DNA of 64,000 nucleotides. Origin: a virus (taxonomy: Duplodnaviria > Caudoviricetes). How positions within the stretch are numbered: position 1 is the first letter of the stretch; each line of letters starts with the position of its first letter. Location of the stretch: positions 1 to 64,000 of IMG/VR virus record IMGVR_UViG_3300017909_001085; one strand, written 5' to 3'. The notes beneath the pieces were generated by a model that worked only from the letters and a program-made list of their open reading frames with translations, did not search any database and was not told the DNA's origin. This document shows, one piece after another, positions 18,943-28,737 of this stretch. Position numbers and translations under genes: made by a program.

Positions 18943-20136
18943 TCATCTAATCGTTGTCTTATTTAGTCCAGATTTACTCTTGTAGTCCATCATCAGATGA
19001 GATGGATATACACCTGATTGTTTGTTTCTTATATTTAGTTTGAAATCAAAGTACGAATTACCAAACTTCATATCTATTCTTTTTGCACGTCCATCGTTCC
19101 CGGCGTAGATAAGTTCGATGTTACCTACGATAGTTGCCATCGCATCATTTTTTGCAGGGTCCATAAACCAGAAGTCTACTGACCCATTCTCTTTTCCATG
19201 TACCATGTAATAGTTTGAACCGATTGCTGTTGATATAAGTGCTTTCAATTGCTGTCTGTCTACAGTTCTTGAAGCATCAACTTTATTTTCTTTTAGTGCT
19301 ACTGCAGAACCATAGTTGTTGAACACATTACAGAACTTAGAGTTATCAATACCAAGTGCCTTGAGAAGATTAACACCCATTACGTTAGTCACTTGACCTG
19401 TCTTAATTTCTTCTTCTGGAAATGCTTTGCCTCTTGCTTTGACACCAGTATTAACGAATGTCAATGTACCACCATGCTTGAGTGATAAGTGAGACTTCTG
19501 TCCGTTTGCATGTGTGATATCTACATCAGTCAATTTAGCACCATGGTCTTGATGTCGAGGCGGCATCACTACAATCTTACCACCACTATAACCAAATGGT
19601 CTACTTTCATTTGCGCCACCAAGTTGTTCGACACTGACTGCAGGTGACCTCATATTCTTTGAAGTCAAGTCAATGATATATTTTGCATGTGCTTTCATTG
19701 GGTGGTCAGTATCTTCACCTCTTAGCAATTCAGCAATCGCATTTGTAAAGTCTCGTTCAAACTTCAGACCTTTATTTTCTTTTGCGCCGCCTGCTGGTTG
19801 ACCACCAAACTCTTCAGACTTTTCAATCTTAGAAATAGGCAGTGTTACTTTTCTATCACTACCTGTCATTTTACCGCTTAACTCAAGCGTCACATTACGC
19901 TGACCTTTTAGTGCAAGTATCTTACTTGCAAGCATTTGCGTATGTGCTTCATTTGAATATTGTGGAGAGTATTTGTAGAGTTCGCCTTGAATGTTTATTT
20001 CATCAGCATAGAACAAACCATTATCTGTCATGAAGTTGTTTGTCTTTCCTCTTACAAGAAATATTTTTTCGACTAACAACTCTGACCGATACTCTTTACT
20101 CTCTCTAGTGATTTCATTGACACTGAGATTTGCCAC
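18943..20136 (-). CDS. Putative PD-(D/E)XK-family nuclease
   Basis: GLKFERD...LTDVDI...HLSLK spacing resembles E...D...xK restriction-nuclease core; GTG start. Confidence 0.45.
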   Translation of the reverse strand: MANLSVNEITRESKEYRSELLVEKIFLVRGKTNNFMTDNGLFYADEINIQGELYKYSPQYSNEAHTQMLASKILALKGQRNVTLELSGKMTGSDRKVTLPISKIEKSEEFGGQPAGGAKENKGLKFERDFTNAIAELLRGEDTDHPMKAHAKYIIDLTSKNMRSPAVSVEQLGGANESRPFGYSGGKIVVMPPRHQDHGAKLTDVDITHANGQKSHLSLKHGGTLTFVNTGVKARGKAFPEEEIKTGQVTNVMGVNLLKALGIDNSKFCNVFNNYGSAVALKENKVDASRTVDRQQLKALISTAIGSNYYMVHGKENGSVDFWFMDPAKNDAMATIVGNIELIYAGNDGRAKRIDMKFGNSYFDFKLNIRNKQSGVYPSHLMMDYKSKSGLNKTTIR

Positions 20137-20562
20137 TTAGAAGACCCCTTTATCCCAACATGACTTTGCTAATTTTGCTTGCATTTGATATGCTTCTTTT
20201 TCCCACGGTAAATCGTAGTACTTAGTTTTGGCAGGAACAGTTGACCTTTTCCAACGTGCATCAGTCACGCCATTCCAGTCATCCATCTCTCCACGAAAAT
20301 ATTGCTTGACATGAACCATTTCATGACAGACTGTCATAACAAAATCTTTGATGCTTAAATCTTTACATATATCTATCTGATAAGTACGTCTATTGTCAGT
20401 CATCATAGCATAACCGACTGCATCATCGTTCATTTTGCATAGGCGACACTCAATATCGATGCTACGAACTCGTGGCATCAACTTTTTGAGCATGTGGTAG
20501 ATAACATTCTCAGCGATTTTTCGCTGTGTCTTGTTACCCCCTACAACGTCAACAACTAGCAT
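20137..20562 (-). CDS. Zincin-like metallopeptidase-domain protein
   Basis: CHEMVHVKQY (HExxH) and LPWEKEAY; ATG at 20562 behind GAGAGG. Confidence 0.8.
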   Translation of the reverse strand: MLVVDVVGGNKTQRKIAENVIYHMLKKLMPRVRSIDIECRLCKMNDDAVGYAMMTDNRRTYQIDICKDLSIKDFVMTVCHEMVHVKQYFRGEMDDWNGVTDARWKRSTVPAKTKYYDLPWEKEAYQMQAKLAKSCWDKGVF

Positions 20563-20591
20563 AAACACCTCTCATTTCTCAGTATAGTTAT

Positions 20592-20620
20592 ATTGTACTA
20601 TACTTTATTGTGCTTGTCAA
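20592..20620 (-). promoter_or_regulatory. Sigma70-type early promoter
   Basis: TTGACA-N17-TACAAT. Confidence 0.75.
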
Positions 20621-20627
20621 CTAGTAT

Positions 20628-20849
20628 TTATGCTTTTTCGTAACTTTTATGTAGGTGTTTTGGTATCTGCCAATCTTCGAAAGCACCACCAGAGTTGAGA
20701 TTATTGATTATATCTTGCGATTTTTTTCGGTTTGAAGACAGTTCAATTATGTCTTTATATTTACCATCATGTGCAGTCCACACATTATTCTCACCATCAA
20801 ATACTAACTTAAACCTTAAATGACGAGAAGTCTTTGTACTTTTTTTCAT
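20628..20849 (-). CDS. Hypothetical protein
   Basis: 73-aa ORF overlapping helicase end; LNSGGAFEDWQIP motif. Confidence 0.5.
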   Translation of the reverse strand: MKKSTKTSRHLRFKLVFDGENNVWTAHDGKYKDIIELSSNRKKSQDIINNLNSGGAFEDWQIPKHLHKSYEKA

Positions 20850-22251
20850 TTCGTTGCTCCTTTAACTTATCAAACGTACTTGCTTCTACTACTTGTACCC
20901 CTTGTGGTACAGATTTTGGTACCATGTTCTCTACAAGTTCTTCTTGTGCAGAGTCCTCAACATCGTACAACTGCATCTTTGCTCTATCAATACCCAATAC
21001 AAAACGCTTGTATTTTGTAGGGTCATTGTATCTGTTCTTCAACTGCTTCACTAGAACTTGATTATGTTCTTCTAGTTCTTCATTTGAGATAAGTGCAAAC
21101 ATGAAGTCTACTGTTGCTGGTAGACCAAAACTTTCTGAAGTATCTTCAAGACCAATATCGGTACTTGAAAAACCTTGTCTTGTCGTTTGAGTTGCAGAGA
21201 TAAGTGGCACATTATGCTCTACTGCAAGACCACGCAATTCTTCTGCAATCGACTTAACAAGTGTGTATGAATTGATATTAGCACCTGCACGAAATCTTTG
21301 TGATGCACAGATATTGAGATAATCAATAAAGATAGCATCAGGTTTGAAAGACTTCTTCAGTGCTAGTTCGTTGAGCAACGCATCAAAATGACCACGGTGT
21401 GCAGATGCAGTCGGATATTCTTTGACTATCAACTTACCATGTGTCTCACGTTGAATTGAAGCAATCTTCTTATCGAACATTTGCTTCGGCATCTCTTCTA
21501 GAGATTGTATATCTAAGTTCATCAGATTAGCATCGATACGTTCAGCAATACGTTCTTCTGCCATCTCTAATGTGATGTACAAAACATTCTTTCCATGCAT
21601 TAGAAAGTTAGCGGCGAGGTGACACATAAAGAGTGACTTACCTACACCAGTACCTGCTAGTGCTACATTGAGTGTTTTGTTTGGTAGACCACCTTTCGTA
21701 ATCAAGTCAAAATACTTGAGATTGAAAGGTATCTTTTCTTCTTTTGTGTGATAGAAATCATATCTATCTGTTGACTGTTCGAAATAGTCATGACCTACTC
21801 GGTTATCAAACGAAACGGATAGGGCATCAGATAAAAGAGAGGGTAAAGCATCAGGTGTGAACTTCTTGTCTTTACCTTCAATTATCTGAATACCCTGTGC
21901 TACGGCATTGTAGATTGCTTTGTCTTTACAAAACTTTTCAGTTGCATCTGTCAACCATTCTACGTCTGCATGTGACGTATCTAGACTATTGATAATCTCG
22001 ACAGATGATTTGAATTCTGGTTCTGGTACATTGTATGCTTCGTTCAGAGTGATTATGAGTTGTTCTGAAGTTGGTGGTTTGTTGTACTTATCAAACGCAT
22101 CAGTGATTGTTTTGAATACTAACTTTTCTGAACCATCATGAAAGTAGTCAGACTGTAGAAATGGCAATACATTTCTAGCATAGTCTTCATTGTTCATTAA
22201 GTTTGATAGAATAGTTCTTTCAATCCGTGCCGTTTGCATATACCATTTCAC
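20809..22251 (-). CDS. gp41: Replicative DNA helicase (T4 gp41-like)
   Basis: AGTGVGKS Walker A, YITLEMAEE, IDYLN, SATQTTR, KQLKNRY. Confidence 0.96.
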   Translation of the reverse strand: MKWYMQTARIERTILSNLMNNEDYARNVLPFLQSDYFHDGSEKLVFKTITDAFDKYNKPPTSEQLIITLNEAYNVPEPEFKSSVEIINSLDTSHADVEWLTDATEKFCKDKAIYNAVAQGIQIIEGKDKKFTPDALPSLLSDALSVSFDNRVGHDYFEQSTDRYDFYHTKEEKIPFNLKYFDLITKGGLPNKTLNVALAGTGVGKSLFMCHLAANFLMHGKNVLYITLEMAEERIAERIDANLMNLDIQSLEEMPKQMFDKKIASIQRETHGKLIVKEYPTASAHRGHFDALLNELALKKSFKPDAIFIDYLNICASQRFRAGANINSYTLVKSIAEELRGLAVEHNVPLISATQTTRQGFSSTDIGLEDTSESFGLPATVDFMFALISNEELEEHNQVLVKQLKNRYNDPTKYKRFVLGIDRAKMQLYDVEDSAQEELVENMVPKSVPQGVQVVEASTFDKLKEQRNEKKYKDFSSFKV

Positions 22252-22501
22252 CTTTTTCTATTTTTTCTTCAATCTGTTGTACAATGATATCACCTATAAT
22301 ACTTGTGATATCATTTAGTATTTCTACTTCATTAGGGTTTTCTAAGATTTGATACTTAAATCGCATTGCTCTGTGACCAGTTGCATCTGGTTGAGCAAAC
22401 TGAATACGACCAACTTGGTATACAATATCTTTATAATACCCCTCAGTTATTCTTGTTGCAATCACATCTTCTTTGTGAACGTAACTAAATTTCACCGCCA
22501 T
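22220..22501 (-). CDS. Conserved hypothetical protein between uvsX and gp41
   Basis: Position equivalent to T4 gp40 slot; ATG at 22501 (MAVKFSY). Confidence 0.55.
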   Translation of the reverse strand: MAVKFSYVHKEDVIATRITEGYYKDIVYQVGRIQFAQPDATGHRAMRFKYQILENPNEVEILNDITSIIGDIIVQQIEEKIEKGEMVYANGTD

Positions 22502-23507
22502 AACTAAACTTCTCTTTCGCATGTTCATCTAACTGCTTCATGATATCTTCTGTGAAGAACTGCTCTGGATTGTGCAAGATTTCTTTACCATAACGCTTTG
22601 ACCCGTCAGGTAGTTCAAATCTTGTAGCGACTTTCTTAAAGATACCAGCATCTTCTGCTAGTTCAAGTAGACCATAGTATCTGTTTAGACCACCTTTGTA
22701 TCTTAGTGATACATCGACCATAGAGTTTTCTTTAGTCAATCGTGACTTGTTCAGTTTACAGTGAATAATGTTACCTACAACTTCTGTGCCGTCTTTTTCT
22801 TTTTTCTTAGACAAGAATACAATTGAAGATGCGGCATACTGAAGACCAGAACCACCGCCCATGACTTTCTGTGGGAACATGACGCCCATCTGGTCGTAAG
22901 TGTGATTAGTAACAATCATAGGTACTTTTGCTTTGCCTAGTTTCAGTGTCAATACTCTGAATGCCGCTTTAACTAGTTGCGACCTTGTCATGTCTCTAGT
23001 CTCTTTACCATCTGCAGTATCTTCGATTTCTTTCGTTGTCGATAGCATACCTAGACTGTCTAGAACAAACATGATAGGTTGTCTATCTTCTTCTTTCTGT
23101 TCTAGATATTTGTCGATGATACGAATTGCTTGTGTACGAAATTCTTGTACAGTTGTTACTGGCATCATGACCATACGCTTCGTATCAATACCACGCTCAT
23201 CAATCATATCTTTCGTCAATGCACTTTCAGTTTCGAAATATACAACACCTGCATCTGGATTAGTATCTAAGAAATGCTTACATAATCCAAGTGCAAAGAA
23301 GGTCTTACCAGTTGCGGACTCACCAGCAATCGCTGTAATCTTGTTCGCAGGAAGACCTCCATAAATGCTACCACTTAATAGTGCGTTGAAGACATATGAA
23401 CCAGTGTCAATGAAACCTTGAACGTCACCTGCTTCTACGCCATCTGCGACAACGCCAGCAAACTCGTTCTTACTCTCTTTGACAATATCATTTAGAAAAT
23501 TATTCAT
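22485..23507 (-). CDS. uvsX: RecA-like recombinase UvsX
   Basis: [29 protein letters not shown]. Confidence 0.95.
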   Translation of the reverse strand: MNNFLNDIVKESKNEFAGVVADGVEAGDVQGFIDTGSYVFNALLSGSIYGGLPANKITAIAGESATGKTFFALGLCKHFLDTNPDAGVVYFETESALTKDMIDERGIDTKRMVMMPVTTVQEFRTQAIRIIDKYLEQKEEDRQPIMFVLDSLGMLSTTKEIEDTADGKETRDMTRSQLVKAAFRVLTLKLGKAKVPMIVTNHTYDQMGVMFPQKVMGGGSGLQYAASSIVFLSKKKEKDGTEVVGNIIHCKLNKSRLTKENSMVDVSLRYKGGLNRYYGLLELAEDAGIFKKVATRFELPDGSKRYGKEILHNPEQFFTEDIMKQLDEHAKEKFSYGGEI

Positions 23508-23530
23508 ATTATATCTCCAGTGTTTTGATG

Positions 23531-23559
23531 ACTATACACTATACAAATGTATTTGTCAA
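23531..23559 (-). promoter_or_regulatory. Sigma70-type promoter for uvsX
   Basis: TTGACA-N17-TATAGT. Confidence 0.75.
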
Positions 23560-23795
23560 GGCAATTTTGCATACGGATGTGCAGGGTCAAGATATCTATC
23601 AATCATCTCAATCTGGTCATGATATTTCGCCATGTGTTCCAGTTCAAGTTCAATAGTTTCGATGATATCTGAGTGTTCTCCGATACCTACTGTTTGGTTC
23701 ATATAGACCATCACATTTGCTTTGTGCTTTTCAATATGACCTTCAGCATGTTTTCTTACTGCATTCAGCAGTTGTTCTGCTTGTTTTTCTGACAT
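23556..23795 (-). CDS. Conserved small phage protein
   Basis: GHIEKHKANV...VGIGEHSDI motif common in marine phages. Confidence 0.65.
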   Translation of the reverse strand: MSEKQAEQLLNAVRKHAEGHIEKHKANVMVYMNQTVGIGEHSDIIETIELELEHMAKYHDQIEMIDRYLDPAHPYAKLP

Positions 23796-23804
23796 ATTTA
23801 ACTC

Positions 23805-26336
23805 CTATCCGAAAAATTCTTCTAGAGTAGCAATCTTTTCTAGTTGCCACCCTATGCTTTCTGCAATGAACCTAAGTGGTTCAAGAAATGCTTTTGTAAA
23901 CTGCATATCATAATCAATATACTTATGCAATTCAAACTCATCAGGAAGAGTACCAAGAAATGAAATGATATTCTCACCGATAGTGTTTGGCATCTTGAGA
24001 TGCACAAACTTGATTTTCTCACCGTCTTTTATTTGTGGATATCTTTGTGATATCTTCTTATTCTTTACAAGTTCATTATACATAAGCGCACCACGCACAT
24101 GCATTGGTGTACCCTTTGTGTATACTTTGATATCAGACTTGTACTTCTCAACACCATTCACACTACGAGGAAAAGCAATCTCTTCTGGTGGCAGTGCATT
24201 GAATTCTTCTCTTGTCTTATCTATAAACTCAAGTAAGTCATCGTTACTACCATTCACAATAACTTTAATAGCATCTTTTAGCATGACACGCACAGGCGCA
24301 GGAGTTGAAGACTTGACAACTTCTAGACCCATAATCTTGAGTTTAGGTTCTGAATACTGCACACCTTCAGAGTTGTGTACATTCAAAACATATCTTTTCT
24401 TCGCAGTCCAGATGCCTCGGTCAGCGATAACTTCTCGCTTCATAAACATCTTTTGTGCATATGCATTCATATAGTCAGCAAGATTTTGATAATTCTTATC
24501 GATAAAAGGTTCAATCTTCTCATTAGCAACTCGGTCAAGGAACTTAACAATTCGTGCTTTTGATACGCCACCCTCGTTCTCTGGTAGTTTCGCTCTCTCG
24601 CCAAACACCTCATCAACCAGTCCACTAAGATTAATGTAAACTGAATCCGTATCGCTTGCAATGACATAGTTTTCTCCATCAGTCTTTAGAAGTTTGTTGA
24701 AATATTTATTCAACGCTTCTTCAATCCATCTAATCGACAACTGACCAGATAATGTAATACCCTCTGCTTGTCGAATATCAAAGTATCTGAAGTACTGATT
24801 ACCTAGCGCACCATAAGCAGAGTTCAATGCAATTTTCTTTGCGAGTTGAATGTTACCATATCGTGCAATATCTTTTTGTAGTTCTTCATTCTTTGTGACT
24901 TGATACTCTTGTTCAGCATCAAGCATCTTCTTCTTGTAAAACTTTCTACTCTCGTATAGTTCTTCCATCATCGCAGGCAGAAACCCTTGAAAGTCTTTTC
25001 TGAAACACTGACCATTCGCCGCCATCGTTAGATTGCTTGCTTGTAAATGTGTCGTATCAAGTTTCTGTTCAAGTAGTTCATCAACCGAACATTGAATACG
25101 CTCATCAACAATAGTATCAGGTGAGATATTATATTGCATAATCAAGTGAGGGTAGAGTGAGTTCAAGTCAAATGATAGTACCCAATCATGCTGACCTACT
25201 GTAGGGTCTTTCACATATGCACCAGCATATGCTGTATCTTTGTGAGACATTTTCTTAGGCGGAATCACAATACCTTTTCTACGCAAGTGATTGTACACAA
25301 GCATATCCCAACATCGAACTTGAGAGAATACATCTTCGTAGTTTACACGAAAGTCATATGCCATCATCAACTGCAATTCAATCAGACCAAGTTTGTCTTC
25401 TAGTTGTGCAACAAGTTCAACGTCACGAATATTATAGTCTACGAACTTTGTCCAGTCATTCTTGTAGAAGTCTGCAAAAGATTGATATTCAGAGTGGTCA
25501 AGTTTCTCTGCGCCAAGTTCAACATTTGCAATGTGACCTAGTGCGAAACTTTCATAACCGATACCACGATACTTACGAAACAGTTCAAGATAGTCAATGC
25601 CAGCGATACCAAAGATATCATAATACTGTTGCTCTCTACCTTGCACAGTGACTTTACTACCTTTGACAATCTTCCAAGGCGAGATAAGACGAACTTTCTC
25701 TTCACCAAGAAGTCTTTCAATACGATTTACGATGTAAGGTATATCAAAGAAACGACTGTTCCAACCAGTGATGACATCTGGTTTGTACTCATTGAGAAAT
25801 TGAATGAAGTCACTTAATAGTTCACGCTCATCAGTGAAACATCTATAATCAACTTCTTTGTTTTTACCGTGATATTCTTGAAGACCCCATGTGGTCAACT
25901 TCTTAGTCAAACTATCTCGCACAGTGATGAGCAAGATTTGTTCGTTAGCAGTTTCAATGTTTGGGAAACCATACTCTGCACCAGTCTCAATATCAAGTGA
26001 CAGAATAGATATTTGACTTGTATCAAACTCAATCTCATCTCTATCAACAAAGTTGTCAGATATCCACTGATAGAGATATTGCGTTTGACCGTAAATCTTG
26101 AAGTTCTCTACATCACGATACTGGTCAAGAAACTCTCTCGCTTCTTTCACACCACCGGGTTTGAACTCATCAACATACTCACCTTCAATAGTCTTGAACT
26201 TTGTAGGTTTCTGTGACTTCAAGTATAGCGTAGGCGAAAAGTCTTTGTATCTTTGCATGATACGCTGACCGTCATTACCTACACCTCGTACTAGAATGTT
26301 GTTACCCCATTGCTGTACATTTGTGTAGAACTTCAA
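23805..26336 (-). CDS. gp43: Family B DNA polymerase (T4 gp43-like)
   Basis: DIET exo I, FDIPY, DLNSLYP, KIALNSAYG, SDTDS, KKRY; TTG start; C-terminal clamp-binding LEEFF. Confidence 0.97.
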   Translation of the reverse strand: MKFYTNVQQWGNNILVRGVGNDGQRIMQRYKDFSPTLYLKSQKPTKFKTIEGEYVDEFKPGGVKEAREFLDQYRDVENFKIYGQTQYLYQWISDNFVDRDEIEFDTSQISILSLDIETGAEYGFPNIETANEQILLITVRDSLTKKLTTWGLQEYHGKNKEVDYRCFTDERELLSDFIQFLNEYKPDVITGWNSRFFDIPYIVNRIERLLGEEKVRLISPWKIVKGSKVTVQGREQQYYDIFGIAGIDYLELFRKYRGIGYESFALGHIANVELGAEKLDHSEYQSFADFYKNDWTKFVDYNIRDVELVAQLEDKLGLIELQLMMAYDFRVNYEDVFSQVRCWDMLVYNHLRRKGIVIPPKKMSHKDTAYAGAYVKDPTVGQHDWVLSFDLNSLYPHLIMQYNISPDTIVDERIQCSVDELLEQKLDTTHLQASNLTMAANGQCFRKDFQGFLPAMMEELYESRKFYKKKMLDAEQEYQVTKNEELQKDIARYGNIQLAKKIALNSAYGALGNQYFRYFDIRQAEGITLSGQLSIRWIEEALNKYFNKLLKTDGENYVIASDTDSVYINLSGLVDEVFGERAKLPENEGGVSKARIVKFLDRVANEKIEPFIDKNYQNLADYMNAYAQKMFMKREVIADRGIWTAKKRYVLNVHNSEGVQYSEPKLKIMGLEVVKSSTPAPVRVMLKDAIKVIVNGSNDDLLEFIDKTREEFNALPPEEIAFPRSVNGVEKYKSDIKVYTKGTPMHVRGALMYNELVKNKKISQRYPQIKDGEKIKFVHLKMPNTIGENIISFLGTLPDEFELHKYIDYDMQFTKAFLEPLRFIAESIGWQLEKIATLEEFFG

Positions 26337-26365
26337 TATATTACCTCATCATTTATTATCACACT

Positions 26366-26394
26366 ATTATGCGCCATAAAGTGTGATTTGTCAA
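26366..26394 (-). promoter_or_regulatory. Sigma70-type promoter for gp43
   Basis: TTGACA-N17-CATAAT. Confidence 0.7.
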
Positions 26395-26420
26395 CAGTTT
26401 TATGCGCTTGAAAGTGTATT

Positions 26421-26741
26421 TTACCCTTTTAGAAATTTGCTTGTGTCAATTTTTTTATTTGGCATAACAAGTCCACTGCCAAAGTTTGTGTTATAACTGT
26501 TTAACAATTCTGTGTTTGGTTCAGCAACATACATGATGCTTTGCTTATTGATAGCAATAGGTTTATCAGTAAATGTATCCCACGGACCCATTTGAACTTG
26601 AACACCAGTACCATCTGCTTTTGGTGATAGCATAACAATAACAGGTTTTTCAACTTGTACTGTTTCTGCATCTTCTGATTTCACTTTGCCGATGATTTGC
26701 TCACCGTTAATCATTTTAATTACTGTCACATCACTCATCAT
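26421..26741 (-). CDS. Conserved small beta-barrel (Sm-like) phage protein
   Basis: IKMINGEQIIG...PW...YNTNFGSGLVMP. Confidence 0.6.
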   Translation of the reverse strand: MMSDVTVIKMINGEQIIGKVKSEDAETVQVEKPVIVMLSPKADGTGVQVQMGPWDTFTDKPIAINKQSIMYVAEPNTELLNSYNTNFGSGLVMPNKKIDTSKFLKG

Positions 26742-26979
26742 TTACTTCCTCGAAAATATTTTCATTGGCAATTTCTTCAATCAAAAGTTTACGCAATGCT
26801 GAAATAGAACCGAGAATTGAATTCGCTTCTGCTTCTAGTTGAACTTTTGTATTGTGTGCGTTAGTGATACCTTGTTTGCGCTTTTCAAGTTCGACTTGAT
26901 ATTTTGCAATTTCATCTTCAATATGATTTTTAGATACGTTCATCTTTTCTAACTTATCTCTTACCGGTTTTTCACTCAT
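26731..26979 (-). CDS. Hypothetical coiled-coil protein
   Basis: 82-aa ORF with AGGAG SD. Confidence 0.55.
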   Translation of the reverse strand: MSEKPVRDKLEKMNVSKNHIEDEIAKYQVELEKRKQGITNAHNTKVQLEAEANSILGSISALRKLLIEEIANENIFEEVNDE

Positions 26980-27030
26980 TATATACTCCTAATAAATGGG
27001 CAGTTTACCGTCTGTACCCAGGACACTTTA

Positions 27031-27486
27031 TTACTGAACCTTAATTTTATGAGGTTTCTTTTCTTCAGGAACGATACGCTCAAGTTCAATCTTTAGCATA
27101 CCATTCTCCATTTTAGCAGAGTTGACTACAACTTCATCTGCAAGAGTAAACTTTCTAGTAAAGTTTCTTTGTGAGATACCTTTATAGATAGTATGCTCAT
27201 CAGTTGCACCTTTCTCTTTATCCTTCACTGATTTTACAGTAAGAACACCTTCAGCAAACTCGATATCAAGGTCTTTCTTATCGAAACCAGCAAGTGCCAT
27301 TTCGATTTCATACTTGTAATCTTCTGTTTTCTGAATGTTGTAAGGTGGATAACCTGTGGACTCTGCTTGATGTGCCGCATAATCCCACAGTCTATCAAAG
27401 TGTCGGTCGAAACCAACTGCATATGGAGTTAAAAGGTTTGTGTCGAAATGCTGAAGAGCATTTCTAAGGTTAGTTAGATTAGTCAT
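27031..27486 (-). CDS. hsp20: Small heat-shock protein (Hsp20/IbpA family)
   Basis: GYPPYNI, EMALAGF, KGISQRNFTRKFTL, NGMLKIEL, PEEKKP..I. Confidence 0.95.
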   Translation of the reverse strand: MTNLTNLRNALQHFDTNLLTPYAVGFDRHFDRLWDYAAHQAESTGYPPYNIQKTEDYKYEIEMALAGFDKKDLDIEFAEGVLTVKSVKDKEKGATDEHTIYKGISQRNFTRKFTLADEVVVNSAKMENGMLKIELERIVPEEKKPHKIKVQ

Positions 27487-27550
27487 TTTACGCCTCCTTG
27501 TTAAGCAAGACTAGTTAAATGAAGACCCAACCTTTGGCGTCTTCATACAT
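27487..27550 (-). promoter_or_regulatory. ROSE-like RNA thermometer in hsp20 5' UTR
   Basis: UCUUGCUU-AAC-AAGGAGG hairpin (UUGCU motif with bulged G pairing the SD) preceded by a second hairpin AUGAAGAC...GUCUUCAU. Confidence 0.65.
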
Positions 27551-27597
27551 ATTATATAGTCATTATTTTTCATAATACAAGCATCAATATGGCAAAA

Positions 27598-27960
27598 TTA
27601 TTCGTGTTCGCCACCCCTATCGTGTGCGTCTAATTTTACCTTTTGTCCGTTCACCCACATATATTGTCTACTACGACTTGGTGTCGATGTCGGAAACTTA
27701 TTGAAGAAGTTTGGATTCTGTCTAGCAGTTTCGAAAGTTGCAACTGTTACTACAATCGCACCGAGAACAATAGCATGTGCAATCATGCTTGCACCCATTA
27801 CCCAAAAACTACCAACGTACATGCTGAATACAATACACCACATCCATGCTAGGACTTGAAGTACCATATGTCTCACATTTGTATCTGGAATATGTCGCAA
27901 TGGATTAACATCTGCATTCATAATCATATTCCAATTATCATAAATTACTTTACGCATCAA
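27598..27960 (-). CDS. Membrane protein (2 TM)
   Basis: NPLRHIPD...LQVLAWMWCIVF...AHAIVLGAIVVTVATF. Confidence 0.65.
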   Translation of the reverse strand: MMRKVIYDNWNMIMNADVNPLRHIPDTNVRHMVLQVLAWMWCIVFSMYVGSFWVMGASMIAHAIVLGAIVVTVATFETARQNPNFFNKFPTSTPSRSRQYMWVNGQKVKLDAHDRGGEHE

Positions 27961-28357
27961 CTCGCTTCTTTCCTATGTTATATTTTGTTTCTAAAACCCA
28001 TTCGCTTTTCTCTTTGAAAGCGATTACTTTGATTTGAGACAACGGTGCTTGTTGTGTAATCTTTGCTTCATTCACAACAGTTACTAGTCCCCAATCATTC
28101 AACAGTTTTACAATCGTATTTCTACGCTGTTCATCTTCTGTTGAAAAGTTTGTTTGCTTGCCATCTAGTCCAAATAATTCTTTGAAGTGTACAATAAAGT
28201 ACCTACCTTGCTTATGCAAGATATGACAAGACTGATATAATTTTCTATCTTTCTTTGACGCAATACCCATGCGTGAAAGTGTCTCTCTAATTTTTAGAAA
28301 GTCATCAGGTTGAGATAGTTGTACCTCGACCATATTTTCAATTGACCACTCATTCAT
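27950..28357 (-). CDS. regA: Translational repressor RegA
   Basis: DDFLKIRETLSRMGIAS...LYQSCHILHKQGRYFIVHFKELF...KYNIG. Confidence 0.96.
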   Translation of the reverse strand: MNEWSIENMVEVQLSQPDDFLKIRETLSRMGIASKKDRKLYQSCHILHKQGRYFIVHFKELFGLDGKQTNFSTEDEQRRNTIVKLLNDWGLVTVVNEAKITQQAPLSQIKVIAFKEKSEWVLETKYNIGKKRVDA

Positions 28358-28737
28358 TTTACTCCACCTTTATTATCTATCTTTTTCTTTATAGTTTCAA
28401 TTTGAGTAGGGGAAAGAACTGATAAAGCGGAGACTGCTTTAGGATATGAGTAGTTGTAGTATGCTTTAACATAATCTAAGTCTTCACTCTTATCCGCCTT
28501 CTGCCATTTATCAAATCGCTTTCGCTTACTTATACTATTTAGTAAAAAGTCGAATTGTAACTTCTTACTAAGGTGGTGTCTCTGGTTCATCTCGTTTGCT
28601 TGTAGTACAGTATCAATACCCATACTCAAAGCACGATTAACGATGAATGGATTGTATTCTCTTTCTGTCAAATCATCAACAATCATATTCTCTTTTGTTG
28701 TTGATATTGCTTTTACATAATCAAATGGTGTTGTCAT
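28354..28737 (-). CDS. gp62: Clamp loader small subunit (T4 gp62-like)
   Basis: YNPFIVNRALS, ANEMN, YYNYS..KA; synteny gp44-gp62-regA. Confidence 0.9.
   Translation of the reverse strand: MTTPFDYVKAISTTKENMIVDDLTEREYNPFIVNRALSMGIDTVLQANEMNQRHHLSKKLQFDFLLNSISKRKRFDKWQKADKSEDLDYVKAYYNYSYPKAVSALSVLSPTQIETIKKKIDNKGGVK

Noticed and set aside
23805-26336. Introns/inteins in gp43, nrdA, nrdB, gp41, gp17
   Set aside because: All are continuous ORFs of normal length with no intein or homing-endonuclease motifs
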